Assembly: GCF_009914755.1 (NCBI RefSeq)
Contig: NC_060933.1
Length of the DNA: 64,000 nt
Reading direction: 5' to 3' (one strand)
Source: the human T2T-CHM13v2.0 reference genome, Homo sapiens
In this document: piece after piece, positions 10,680 to 25,359 of the stretch
Numbering within the stretch: position 1 is the first letter of the stretch
How the letters are laid out: each line of letters begins with the position of its first letter
Program-made: the position numbers and the translations under genes
The notes under the pieces: model-generated
What the model saw: the letters and a program-made list of their open reading frames with translations, nothing else
Told to the model about the DNA's origin: nothing
The model's database searches: none

Positions 10680-13623
10680 GTCTAAAATGAATGATATAAG
10701 CCAAATAAGTAAACCAAAACAAAGCAAAACAACTAAAAAAGAAAAATCCTTACAGAAAGCAGAAACTACAGAAGAGGAAAATTTTTAGAAATAAGCTATT
10801 ATTAATATGCTCAGGGAATAAAGAGAAAATGTGCACTCGGAAAACAAGAACAAAATATCACTAAAAAAACAGAATCAAAAATTTTAAAAATTTTAATTCC
10901 CTTTCTTAGAAAATTAAAATTATGATGGCAGAAATTAAAAATTAAATAGAAGTGTTTAAATATAAAATTAAGGAAAACTCCTTTATAGTAGAACTAAATG
11001 ACAATGAAATGGAAAATTACAGAGGAAAAAAAAAGAAAATTAGAAAACTCATCATGAAGAAGGGAATCATGGAATTAATCAAAAGAGTAATTCAAGAATA
11101 TTTCCCAAAATTGAACAATGAGGGTTTCATGGTTGAAATGATGCAATGAGTAGATAAAAATAAACCCACAGTGAAGCACATCAGTTTTGAAATACCAGAA
11201 CACTTGAGACAAGGGGTTTTCCAAAAAGGTAAACTATAGGTCATGCCTCCAAAAAGGTAAACTATAGAACAGACACAACTGGTCAGGAATCAAAATGTCT
11301 TTGAGACATTTCTCAACAGCAACAGTGGAGCTAGGAAACAATGGACAAATGCCTTAGAAATTCTGAGGAATAATGACTTCCAACCTGGAATTCTATACAC
11401 AATCATACTATTAGTTGAGAGTGAGGGTAAATGAAGAATTTTGGACCTGTGATATCATCCCCCTCTTCCATTTTTCTCTGCTTCTGGTCGGATCTCTGAC
11501 AGTGGCTGCTCTTCCTCATGGTTCCTGCTCCCCACATCTTGGATCCTTCCACGGCCCCAGTTTCCATCTTATGGATCTTAACCAGTAATGATTGAATACT
11601 ACAATCATCCTTTTGAAACACACAAAGCTTTACTTTAACAGAAATTTTAGAAATTTTAATCACTCTTTTATAGCCTCCTTGGGTTTTTTCAAACTTTCAT
11701 TCTACTTTTTTCACATGATTTCATATACATGTAATATTGAAAGTCTTCTATTAATCATCCTATCAAATGAGCAACTTTATTTAGTACATAAAATACTTAG
11801 TACATAAAACACTTTGTTTAGTACATAAAAATTTGTACGTAAAATCTTCTAATTGGTTTAATTTCCTGTGACCATAAGTCTTATGAGATCAAATTTTTTC
11901 TGGATTTGTCATTATAATTATGAGTTGTAAACACTTGATCTAAACAACATTTTTATATTACAAATTTTGATAAGTAACTGAAAAATAAGGTAAGAAATTT
12001 TAGTGCAAGTGCTGTCCAATAAGATAAATCTTTTTTTTCTATAGTAGTTCATGTATCTGTGGATGAAAAGGCCTTATTGCCAAATGAGGCAGGACTCAGC
12101 ATTGACTCTGTTTCCACTCTGTGCTTCCATAAATGTAAACAGTGAGAAACTGTGTTTACATGCATAAGCTTAAGGGATGGACATTCTTATTTCTTTTAAA
12201 AAAGCAACGTCACTTGACCCTTTTAACTCCTTCCTGGTAATGAACCAAAATCCAAGCAGTGCTCTACCATCAAAAGGTTATTTTTAATGATATATCACCT
12301 GACAATTTCATTGGAATGTAAAAAACTGAAAACCACCTGAATTGAAACAAACAAACAACAACAACAACAAAAACTAGACATTTGAGTCTTTCACTTTCTA
12401 TATTTCAGTGAAAATAGTCTTTATGCAAACTTAGAAAATTATTATTATTTGTGTTTCTTACTGTTCAATTTAAATTCATCTTGGTTAACTTCAAGAGGGA
12501 ATTGAGAAAAATCAAAATATTATTAAATTTAATACCCCTTTGCAATTGCAATATTTTTAGATAAAATACGTTCATTCTATCACAAGCTTTACATAGACGT
12601 TCATCAAAACCCTGGAGCTACAGATTTAGCTTATTCAGGTTATGGGAATTCTCTGCCATATAATTTAGTTAGGAAGGCCAAGTCTCATTTTCTCCCCATC
12701 AGCCATATGAGACCTGTATTTGTCAGAAACAGTCCAATTCTATTTTTCAGTTGCAATAAGCATATTATTAAGCACTTCAGGGAATATATGTTTTTAAAAA
12801 CACACAAAAAAAGACTACATATTTGTAAAATACATTACTAAAATTATTCAAGATTATAGATCTAATATAATTAATACATCTATTCCATAATAAGTTTTTA
12901 AGAAACTAAATCAATATCCTGTTGTTCATTTTCTACCTAATGAGAACATGATATGTTGCTAAAATCGTTATTTATGAATCACAAAGTATGATAAAAAGAC
13001 ATGAAATTTAGTAAATACATTCTAATGCTTGGCTTCCAAGAGTAATTAAGGATCAAATCTTTAAAATAAAAAATAACTCTATTCATTAGGCATTATAATC
13101 AAACTTTACTTATATACTTTATGAAAGAGCGTAGACTGCTAAAAATTAATTAGATTGGCTAGCATATATTTTTTGTTAATAGAAACTAGAAATGCTAAAT
13201 ATTTTATGGGATAAAATAAAATATTTACCATGTTTGAAATAAACATTTCAAAACATATCTTAATAAAATTGCTCTAATTGTTAAATAACATCCCAAACGC
13301 AAAGGAATTACGTAAAAATTTTATCCCTGGGTTTTCGCCACTATATCTTGAAAATTTTGGTAGTACTGGGAAATATTCCAGTTATATTTAAAAGAATCAA
13401 TAACAGCAATCAATACTGCTTTGGCTCTTGGAAGGTGCTTTTTGTTCTCAGCTAATTATATGTCGTAAGGATAAGTATGGACAATAGCTGAAATAAACTT
13501 GTATTTCAATATTTTCTAAAGTTGTTTCAGTGTTCAATGTTTTCTACCATTTTCCTTTGCTCTTATGGGACCTTCCCTCAGAGCTATGCAGTCTTAATAG
13601 TTGGAGGATTAAAGAAATTTATG

Positions 13624-13946
<323 letters not shown>

Positions 13947-15084
13947 CTATGTATCATATATCTATATATGGATAGATAGGCCCTACTCTATCATACATCT
14001 GAATCTGAATAGGCCAACTAGGACAAAAATACTGATTTTCTAAGAACAAGCTTCACCTTTAACTGCAATATATATAAGACGGGAAGTGTTACCAGGTTAT
14101 GATGACTTGATTGATTGTTAATGGAGCCTTCTCTTTTATTTGGTACTCTTTAAGTTTATATAGACCAGGAAAGATTTGTGGATGAGTGAAAAGAAATGCC
14201 TTTGCTTTGTCCAATGGGAAAAGAGCAATTGTTGAACTCAGACTCAATCTTAGCTACTGCAATCTTAGGAAAGAATATATATGGAAGTTGAAGGCCTAAA
14301 ACTGAATATCTAAATCTATTCCTATACAACCCTTAGAAAATCTTGATGTGGCCCAATTTGAGGACCACCAGCCTCATCCACTTTATTCTTGCAGCATCTG
14401 GGTTCAGCTAATAGTCCTCTGTGTAGCTTTTGCTGTTTGTATTGGATATGACATGTAGGGATACTCCTCACTTATTAACTTGTCCAAAGTTTCCTTTGCA
14501 AAATCTCCATTCCAGAGGACTTCTTGAAGTTTTGACCCCAGAAATGACAGTGAGCAGCTGTGGCTTTCAGACTTGACCTAATCCACAGATCTCACAGACC
14601 TTCACAGCCCCAGTTGTCTCTGCTGTGGTACAGTAAAGGGTGGAACCTTTTAAACTCCTTTGGTTGCACTCCCTTCCTGATTTGGATGAGAGCTGAAAAG
14701 CTGCCCATTGTGCAGTGCCAGGAAACTTCCTGTGTAGCACAATTAACAAACCCTCTATTGGGGTCACTGCCATGTCTTAACCACATTATGTTCACTACTT
14801 TGTGGGCTTTATTTACAACTTCAGAAAACATTATTTTTAAAATGTTAGTATAACTGATTTTAAGTATTTTGTAACCTTATCATAATTTTCAACCTATCAG
14901 AATTGTGTTAATGAATATGAAATATTCCATTTGAAAATGTTTCTTTTAAAAAGAGTATTTAACATCATTTCTATTAATTCATTCAGCAAATAGTTACTAA
15001 GTACTTGCGTGCCAGATTCTCATGGTGATGTGGATACAAAGATGAAAAACAAGAAAAAAACAAAAAAACAAAAAAAGCAGGATT

Positions 15085-15292
15085 GTAAACAATAGAAGAG
15101 GAGAATAGATTGGTGGTTGCCAAGGTACAGGGATGGGGTGGGGGTGGAGGTGGGGTTGGGGGAGTGCCACCCTAAACGGGTAGCACAAGGGAATTCCTTT
15201 GTGGTAACAGAAGAATCCTATATCCAAAGGTAGATGTAAAACAGAGGTTGGCAAACTTTTTCTGTAAAGGGCCAGATGGTAAATATTTTTAA
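15085..15292 (+). mobile_element. L1M 3' fragment followed by a truncated MER58 end
   Basis: tggtggttgccaagg...; cagaggttggcaaactttttctgtaaagggccag. Confidence 0.55.
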
Positions 15293-15552
15293 GCAAGTTG
15301 CGCTTGGAGAAACAATCAACTTTAGCAAGAAGTTTATTTGTCTTTTAGATAGCTCACCATGAAAAATTTGGAGGCCTTTTACAACTACAGACAGAACGTC
15401 TCAATCTACCCTTCTTAGATGGAACTGGGAGCCCTGTGCTAGAGCAATGAAGTCTGTGGGGAGTAGGACAGAAGAGAAAGAGGAGGGAGACCAGAAAGAG
15501 GGGAGTCTCCTGCATCTTGGACTGACACAATAGGAAGAAGAAAGATTTGTAT

Positions 15553-15772
15553 TAGAGTTGGCAAACTGTGGCCTGTAGGGCAAATCTGGCCCACTTTTTG
15601 CTTTTGTAAATAAAGTTTTATTGGAGCACAGCCACATTTATTCATTTATGTGTTATCAGTGGCTGTATTAGCACCACACCAGCAGACTTAAGCAATTGTA
15701 ACTGAGACCATATGGTTCACAAAGCCTAAATACTTACTATTGGCTCCTTAAGAAAAAGTTTGCTGATTCCTG
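15553..15772. mobile_element. MER58A hAT MITE
   Basis: gttggcaaactgtggcc...tttgtaaataaagttttattgg...aaaagtttgctgattcctg. Confidence 0.85.
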
Positions 15773-16911
15773 TTTTACAAAGACTTTGGACTCTGTGGCT
15801 TTCTTTCTGTCATTGTGCTGATAAGCCCTCTCAGGTGTCAAAAGCACAACAGAGGACTTATATCGAGTTCATCCATGCACCAGAGTTGTCTGTATCTGTT
15901 AACAAAATTTTATGTAAATTCAATATAAAATAGGAAATGTAAAAACTAATCAATATGATCCAATCGAAAATAGTAAGTTGCAGAAAAGTAAATGCGGTCT
16001 AAAGCCATTTTATAAAATATAAATGATTATTTATATTTATAAAATAAAATATACATTTTTGTATACTTATAGAAGAGAAGCCATTGATATGGGTGAGATT
16101 ATAGGTCAGTGGGGATACAGGGCGTTCCAAGGAGCTATGTGTTACAGTAGGGAGGGAAGAGGGAGAAGAGATTGTTATTACACAATCCAAGTAAGGAAGG
16201 GAAATTGTTTGTTGAGTTCATAGACCCAGGGACAAGTAATGAAAACTAAATTTCAAGGCATCAGATGTGAGATGTGAAAATATTTTGAAGTATCAGATAA
16301 TTGTCTACAATATTGAACATGAATAAAATTTGACAATGTTATTTAATATTTAATTTCTGAAACAAAAGGATGGATGATTATTCATTTTTGTTTTGTTTTC
16401 ATGAATTGAGTTGCATTACAAGACAATGTGCCCATTTAAATGATAACTTCTTCTCTTAACAACATTGTTCTCCTCAATACCTTTCTAAGCAGTTTCTTGC
16501 AATGCCCTTAACAGATTATGGCTGAAGTCAAGAGAATTGTGTCTTAAACCATGATAGAATTTTATGTGTGTTGCATTCATTTTTGTTGCCAATCTTAGCT
16601 TAGCGAGCCTTTTTTATCTATAAGGAAACTTTGTTCGACTTCTTTAATTGACCTATGAGGTTGGCATTGGGCTCAAAATTAGTTACTATACTAGTGCCAT
16701 AAGCCAAAATTCAGCTGGTTACATCAATTGCAGGTATCACCAATGGGGAGCTCACCATGTAACAACTACAGATTTGACCATGACCCCTTACAACCTTGAC
16801 ATGTTTCCATGGCAATGAACTAAGAAAACGAAAGTGCTGAAGGGATAAGTAACACATACAGAAAGCAACAATTCTTTAAGAAAAAGGTAGTAATTTTACA
16901 TCTGGATAACC

Positions 16912-17203
<292 letters not shown>

Positions 17204-17221
17204 TAGATTTTTTTCAGTTTT

Positions 17222-17521
<300 letters not shown>

Positions 17522-18012
17522 CAGATAGATTTCTTAATGTTAGATAATAATAATTTTAAAAATATATTTTCAGTCATACTCCAATACAACTTTAAGATTA
17601 GTAAACTGTGAACTTTAGAAATATATACAGTCAAGTCTATACGTGTCAATCATTTAGAATTTCTCATTTAAAGAGAGACTTGCTGAAATTTAATATTATA
17701 CTATGTATGAGGAAACATAAAAGAGAAAAAAATTTATTGGCCAGTAAATCAGAATGTCTCTTCAACTTACATAACTTTAGGCAAAACACTTAATTTTCAG
17801 AATTTCGGTTTCCTTATTTGAAAACAACTGAAAGATTCCTCATTCTTCTTCAAATGTGTAAGGGCCATTATTTGTGGAAGCACTGTACAAATGTCAAGCT
17901 TTACATAGAGCCATTTCTTGACTATCTACACTGGTTCTACTGAGGGATGTTCAAGATAGAACCATACCACAGAAAATTGCACACTATTATTTTCCAAAAT
18001 ATAGCATCATAA

Positions 18013-18343
<331 letters not shown>

Positions 18344-18379
18344 GTATTTTTTTCTTAATTGTTTGAAAATATTTCTCCA

Positions 18380-19590
18380 CTATATGTTTCCAAGATAGCA
18401 CTCAGCACTGATTTTCCTCCTACCACTCTACCCACTCCTTCCCAGGCTCCTTGACCACACATCCTCTAGTAACAGACCTTTTAACATTGGAGCTCCTCCA
18501 GGCTCATCCCTGGCCCCTCTTTTCTTCTTACGTTACACCATTTCCCTAAGTCCTCTCAGCTACCTCCCTAGCTTCCATCTCCAACTTCATGCAAATATCT
18601 TCTAAGATTTTTATCTCAAGTCCACTCCTCTCTCTAGCCCCAACCCAACTACCCAATTGCCTGCTTAACACTTCTATTGAACAGTTCAAATGCAGTTTAC
18701 ATAAAATCTCTTCAAACCTCACCTCATGTTTTTCTTTCCCCTTTGTCCTTCAAACTCAGTCCTCTTCCATGTTCTTATCTCAATGCATCTTAAAGTCCGT
18801 GTACCCAGATGAACAAATAAGGGCCTGGGAAATTGTCCTTGTCATTCCTCTCTCTATTACTTCCCATAGTCAAGAAAACACTTTAATTCTATAGGTTTTG
18901 CATTTAAAAAATTATCTTCTCTTCATCTCTACCCAAGCCTAGATAACTCTCATCTTTCAGCTGAACTATTTTAAGAACCCTCTAACTCTTCTCTTGTTCC
19001 ACATTTAACCTATCTTTCCACTGCATCCTAAATCTATGATTCTCACGTCAACCTCCTTATGAAAATCCTCCAATGGTCCCTTAGGCTAAAGATTAACATC
19101 CAGCCCACCAGGTTCTCCATGATCTGCCTCACCTACCTGTCTAGCCCTATATTATTTCCTGTTGTCCCCAACATTATGCACTTTAACCATCTGGCCTTCT
19201 TTCTGTCCTTCCAAAATGTCATGTTCTTTCTTGTCTACGGATCTTTGAACAGACTCCTTTCGCCTGGTACCATCATCTCCCCACAAACTCACCCAGAAAA
19301 CTCTTATTTATCTGGAAGATGCAGAGCAAATGAAATTTTATCATGCAAGTCTTCCTGAAGTTGCCGACGAGGTCACGTTCTCTTCTGTGTGCTCTACTTT
19401 TCCTTCAGAGCGTTTATCACGAATTGTATTATATTTTTACTGTTTGTATGATTTCTGTCACAGTGTAGTATCTGTCTATACTTACTGGACTGTAAACATT
19501 ATCTATAACCAAGTCTGTTTTGCTTAGTCCAGTGTCAGCATAATACATGGTACTCAAAAATTATTTCTTAAATGAATGAAAGAACGTTAG
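18380..19590 (+). mobile_element. L2a fragment
   Basis: Pyrimidine-rich L2 body (ccaggctcatccctggcccctcttttc) ending tactcaaaaattatttcttaaatgaatgaa. Confidence 0.75.
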
Positions 19591-19924
19591 TTCATAATGG
19601 AGCCAAATGTCACAGGCCATCTTTCTGACTGATGACCATTCCATTTCTGGTTGAACTCTATCAGCATGGCAAGATATTGCACTTTTGAACAACTCTATTA
19701 ATTAGAGTGTTTAAAAGTATTGAATCTATTTCCCCAATTTTAACCAAATATTTGTGGTTTTTCCCAGAAGAATAGGAATAAACAATTTTACTCTCTCTTC
19801 CTTATGACTCTCCCTGACTATTTGAAAATCTTTACTGTGAATTATTTTTTAGAGATCCCCATTATTTCTCACTGATTTTCTGATATGATTCAGGGCCTTC
19901 TATTACTCTGATTAGCCTCATCCC

Positions 19925-20165
19925 TATAGTGGTTAGGAGAAGAGGCTCCAGACCTAGAAATCATGGTTCAATCTTGGTGCTGCATTCACAAACTTAAGAA
20001 ACCTTGGCAGATCTCACCACATCTTATTGTTTTCATTTTCTCATTTGTAGAATGGAAATAATTATATTATCACCTCACATGACTGCTATGAGGAATAAAG
20101 AAGTTATTATATGCAAATATCTTAGAGTGCTGCCTGGCATCGAGTAAGCACCCTTCAGAAACAGA
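19925..20165 (+). mobile_element. MIR
   Basis: tagtggttaggag...ctcatttgtagaatggaaataat...gtgctgcctggcat. Confidence 0.75.
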
Positions 20166-20186
20166 AGGATAATAATATCTGAACAT

Positions 20187-20516
<330 letters not shown>

Positions 20517-20542
20517 CTATATAGGGGCTATGATTATTGTTA

Positions 20543-21070
20543 TGTAACTGAATTAGGGTTTAATTTGGGAAGCAGATGTGAGTTATGGAATAAGGATATT
20601 AATATAAAAATTATAAAATTATAGGAGGAGCTAGGGAAGTGAAGGTCTAAAAGGTGCATCTGGGATATTAGGTAAGTCATCAGTATATCTGAGAAGCCCA
20701 AATCACCCACCTGCCAAAAGGAGTGCCACAAAGTGGGATGTATTAGAAATATCTATGTGAAAAATGGTGGATCAGTGTTCTAGCATCTGGTTTGGGCTGC
20801 AGGCCACCATTGGTCCATAGTCAGGAAGAAGAGAGCAATGTAGAATAGAGAACAAGGATACCTGTCATTGCTGTCTGTCACTGCTTCTGCCACCACCATC
20901 TTCAGAGAGCAAGGCTGCTGCTTGACTTCCGAATCTTAAAAAAAAATAAAAATTAAAATTAAAAAAACCTCTTTTGGCCAACTAACTCAACTACCTCAGA
21001 ATCACCCAGTGAAGGAGATTCAGGAAAAGCAGTTCCATGTTAACCAGCTTGACAATAAACAATACAGCAC
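20543..21070 (-). mobile_element. Old ERVL-type LTR (LTR41-like)
   Basis: Resemblance only, e.g. ggagattcaggaaaagcagttcc...gcttgaca. Confidence 0.35.
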
Positions 21071-23141
21071 AGTATGTAGAATTGCTTCAGGTTAACAACC
21101 AACCACTTAACATCTGCCCCCAACAGTAGAATCCAAGCAGGACACAACAGCACAGCACAGTGGGGCTCCTGCAGCCCACACTCTGCAAGTGGAACTTCTT
21201 CTAGATTCTAATGAAGCATCTTCTTCCAAGCTTGCATGACTTTTTGGTCATGGAACAGTTATTTTGTATTGAATTTTCTGACATTGAAAAATCCTGTGGC
21301 CTTCTTCATACATACTGCTATTGAAACAGATCCCTCAGACCCACTATTTGTATATCTGATTTTGTTTTTTCATAATTTACCCTCATTTCAATTTCAGCAT
21401 ATAATTGGCAGTTATGCTTTCACCTGTTCTAGTTGAAGTCATTTCATATTCTTGATGTTGAGATGCAAATATTAGCTAGCCCTCCTCTATTCATTTCATA
21501 TGCAAATTAATGCACATGTATTGGGGGATGGAGAGGAAGCGCCCTGAATAGGACAGATCTCTATAGCATTTCTCAAGTGCTCCGTGGAACATTAATTCAC
21601 TAGATGCTCATAACAAATGTATACAATATTTCCCTCTCCCTCTTTATACTTCACTAAATAACTGTGGGAAATACTAGCTTCAGCAAAATCTACAGATTGC
21701 TGCTGAAAATCCCAGAAACTCCATTCAGTATGTATATAAAATAAAGTTCCCAACTCACATGCTTTCTTTCTCTTATTCTAGGGAACTGAGATTTTTGTGC
21801 ACTAAATCAAGGATATTGTGAACCTGGTATTTCCATTAACAACTATGCACAATGTTGAGACTTCTCCCTCACCCTGACCAAACATATCGATGCTTATCTC
21901 TGGCCCAGCTCACCAGCCAGAAGGTCTTGTTTGGAACCCACCTAGTTCACCCCAATAACCTCCATAATTCTAAATCTCAGGAAGAAAATACTGGAAGTGG
22001 GGGTAATGGGCAAGTATTTATTCTTTTCCCCTTGGAAGAACCTCAAACTTCTTATATAAATTAGGCCATCTCTGCCTAGGACCAGCTTTGCATACCAAGG
22101 ACCTAAAGGAGTGGCAGCATTAATCAAGTAAAAAAAGGTTCGTAATACTGTTATTTATAAAACTGAATGGCCACTTAAGTGGCTCTATGCTGAATAAGAA
22201 GGTCTGTTCCTGTAGCCTGCTGTCTCTACCCTTAGACAAAGGAGAGGCTGGGATTTTCATCATCTCCTTAAATCCTATTTAATCTTTGTTTGACCGGTGC
22301 CTGGTTAGATCCTAGGATTTTGAGAAACTTTAAGTGAAATAATCTATATAAAGTGTTTAGCATAGTTTGTGGAATGGAATGCATGCTACATAAATGGAAG
22401 CTATTTTTGTGACTGAATGTTTTAATCTCCCTAATTACCTTTAAGGACCCTAAGGATAGGGACCAAGTCATATGTTTCTCTTTATCTCCCTACTAATTAG
22501 CGCAATGTCTGGCTCATAGTTGGCTTAATAAATATTTATTGAGGAAATGAAGATGCTTATTTCACACTTTTCTTTTTCCTATGTCCCTGTGTTCCTTGAA
22601 TCCCGTTTGGATAATGTAATAATTACCATTGATAGCAAGCATTTACTATCTTCAATCCCAGTTCGTCTAAAAACCTCTAAAGTATGCAGGGGAAGCAGAA
22701 TTTGAAAATTCCTCATACTTATGTCTTCTATCTTGGAAGACCAATTCCAGGACTCAGTCAGACACCTGCTTATAGAACAGTCTCTTTGTCTACATTGTCA
22801 CATAAACAAAGTTGGTGCCTTGATTATGTTTCAATTAATCCTATAAATCTCAAGTTCAAGTTCAACATCTTCCACATGTGGCTGGTACTGCACCAGGCTG
22901 CTTCTGCTCACTATAGGCTGACGGTGGCAATCAAGGACTCATCCAAAATGTTACCTGCTAGCAGAAAATGTCACAGTCCAACCTAGAAGCCAATAGCAGG
23001 CAATGTCCAGCTCTAATCTCATGTAGGAAGAGTGGAAATGGGGCTAACAGTGAGATATTCAGGCTTCCAAAAAGCAGAAGAGAAGGCTGATTCTGTGGCA
23101 GAGGTTAGGGCTAGAAAACTCTTTCCTTAGCCTTCACAGCC

Positions 23142-23337
23142 AGTGCTGTCCAATAGAAGTCTTTACAATTATAGAAATGTTCTATTTGTCCTGTCTAATC
23201 TGTCACATGTGACTACTGAGCATTAGAAATGTGACTTTTGACCCTGAGAAACTGAACTTTGTGTTTAGTATTAATGAACTTTAATTTATATTTAAATAAC
23301 CATGTGAGGCTGGTGGCCAACATATTGGACAGTGCAG
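23142..23337. mobile_element. MER3 hAT MITE
   Basis: cagtgctgtccaatagaa...tattggacagtgcag inverted termini. Confidence 0.85.
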
Positions 23338-23935
23338 CCCTAAGCCATGGGAGAGTCCTTGAAGGAAAAGCTACACAATATAGTCCATTGCTGCTATACA
23401 ATGATCTCGGTTTCTTAATCTGAAAAATGCAAATAATAAAACTAATCTGCTATGTCACATGATATTTTGAAGATAAAATGAGACTACAAATGCGAGCATA
23501 CACAGTGATGAAAAAACCAAAATCCTCTACTAATGCAAGGCATTCTCATACAGTAAGCTATATCTTTTTATATATATGATATATATGTGTGTGCATACAT
23601 ATACACACACTTATATACATATTATATATTCAAAGTTACACGGAAGAGAGGGCAAAAATATGGCTACCGTTCTACCCAAAAGATGACCTCTTGCTTCCTG
23701 CAAGCCCTTTTTTATATTAACCATCAACTAAGGGACAAGAAGTGTAAGCACAAGTGAAATGGTGCCTCACAGCATGTCCTTAGCCAGGGAGTTGGCCCCA
23801 CATCTGCAGTTCTCTGAACTTGAGATGAGAGGTAGTTAGTGCCCTATCATCAGATATGGGATCTGATTGCCAATTTCTGAGAAAAAGGGAATAACCCTTT
23901 GAAAAACCTCACACCACCAAGCTACATGAGGAAAG

Positions 23936-24331
23936 TGTTATGGACTGAATGACTGCATCCCCCACACATTTAGATGTTGAATCCCTAACCACCAACGTGA
24001 TAGCATTTGGAGATGGGGCCTTTGGGAAGTAAGTAGGGTTAGATGAGGTCATGGGGATGGGGCTTCCATGATGGGATTAGTGCCCTCATAAGAAGAGACA
24101 CAGGAGTGCTTTCTCTCTCTCTCTTTCTGCATGCACACAAAGAAGTCATGTGAGCACACAGCAAGATGGTGGCTGCCTACAAGCCAGAAAGAGAGCCCCC
24201 ACCAGGACCCAGATCCACCAGAACCTTGATCTTGGACTTTCCAGCCTCCAAAAGTGTGAAAAAATAAGTTCTGTTGTCTAAACCACCCACTCTATGGCAT
24301 TTTGTTATGGCAGTCTGAGCTGACTAAGGCA
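23936..24331 (+). mobile_element. MLT1A-like MaLR LTR
   Basis: tgttatggactgaat...ttttgttatggcagtctgagctgactaaggca. Confidence 0.85.
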
Positions 24332-24499
24332 TCTTCACATCCCCAGCTCCCGCTTTTCCTCATTCTAAGAGTTGGTAACTATCACCAGTATCTCCTTCTG
24401 CATTGTATCAAAAATAGATTTTCATTACAAGCTTATTAACCAAAGGAGTTCCAAGAATATTCAACCAAATGGCTGCTTATGGCCCTAAAGACATTTGTC

Positions 24500-24653
24500 A
24501 GCAGGGTGCAATGGCTCACACCTGTAACCCCAACTCTTTGGGAGGATGAAGGAGGAGGATCACTTGAGCCCAAGAGTTGAAGTTTATAGTGAGCTATAAT
24601 TGTGCCACTGCCTGGGTGACAGAGAGAGACCTTATCTCTTAGGAAAAAAAAAA
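24500..24653 (+). mobile_element. Monomeric Alu (FAM-like or recombinant)
   Basis: Single arm with A tail; TSD aaagaca. Confidence 0.75.
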
Positions 24654-24722
24654 GACAGTTTTCACCCTTTCTCCTGAGATCAAACTATTAAATAAATGCT
24701 AAGTCTTAAACATAATGTGATT

Positions 24723-24989
24723 AGCTGGTCACGGTGGCTCATGCCTGTAATGCCAGCACTTTGGGAGGCTGAGGCAGGCAGATCACCTGAGGTCAGGAGT
24801 TCAAGACCAGCCTCACCAATATGATGAAACCCCGTCTCTACTAAAAATACAAAAATTAGCTGGGTATGGTAGCATGCGCCTGTAATCCCAGCTACTCGAG
24901 AGGCTGAGACAGGAGAATCGCTTGAACATGGGAGGTGGAGGTTGCAGTGAGCCGAGAGAGTGAAACTCTGTCTCAAAAAAAAAAAAAAA
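24723..24989 (+). mobile_element. AluS with ~30-nt right-arm deletion
   Basis: gccgagagagtgaaactc lacks the ccactgcactccagcctggg segment; TSD gtgatta. Confidence 0.9.
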
Positions 24990-25359
24990 GTGATTAATTT
25001 ACAACTTCTGCTGTAACAAATTACCACAAATTTAGCAGCTTAAAACAACACATTCTCTTAGAGTTCGAAAGTCTGAAATGAATTTTAATAGGACTTCAAT
25101 CAGGTTTGGTTCCTTCTGAAGGATTCAGGGGAGAATTTGCTTCTTGACTCTTCCAACTTCTAGAGGCTGCCAGCATTTTTTAGCTTTACTTGTCATTCCT
25201 GGGCTTGCTGCATACCTGGCTTATCCAGGATAATCTCCCCATTGCAAGATCATTAACTTACTCACATCAGCGAAATCTCTGTGCCATATAAGGCAACATT
25301 CACAGGTTCTAAGGATTAGGTCCTAGATATCTCTGGGGGCCATTATTTAGCCTGCCACA
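24990..25359 (-). mobile_element. MLT1C/D MaLR LTR
   Basis: gctgtaacaaattaccacaaatttagcagcttaaaacaac...ggccattatttagcctgccaca. Confidence 0.8.

Noticed and set aside
11781-11844. Short spaced repeats as a CRISPR-like array
   Set aside because: Primate DNA; 13-nt units with tiny irregular spacers; simple slippage repeats
12128-12165. miR-30-like hairpin (UGUAAACA...UGUUUACA)
   Set aside because: Only ~30 nt, far too short for a pre-miRNA
14472-14577. Open minus-strand segment (VKSESHSCSL...KETLDKLI) as an exon
   Set aside because: Acceptor lacks a pyrimidine tract; donor only moderate
14592-14831. Minus ORF with KVVN and LLYH resembling hAT transposase motifs
   Set aside because: About 50 aa separate the motifs versus ~25 in Charlie transposases, and the RWLS motif is absent
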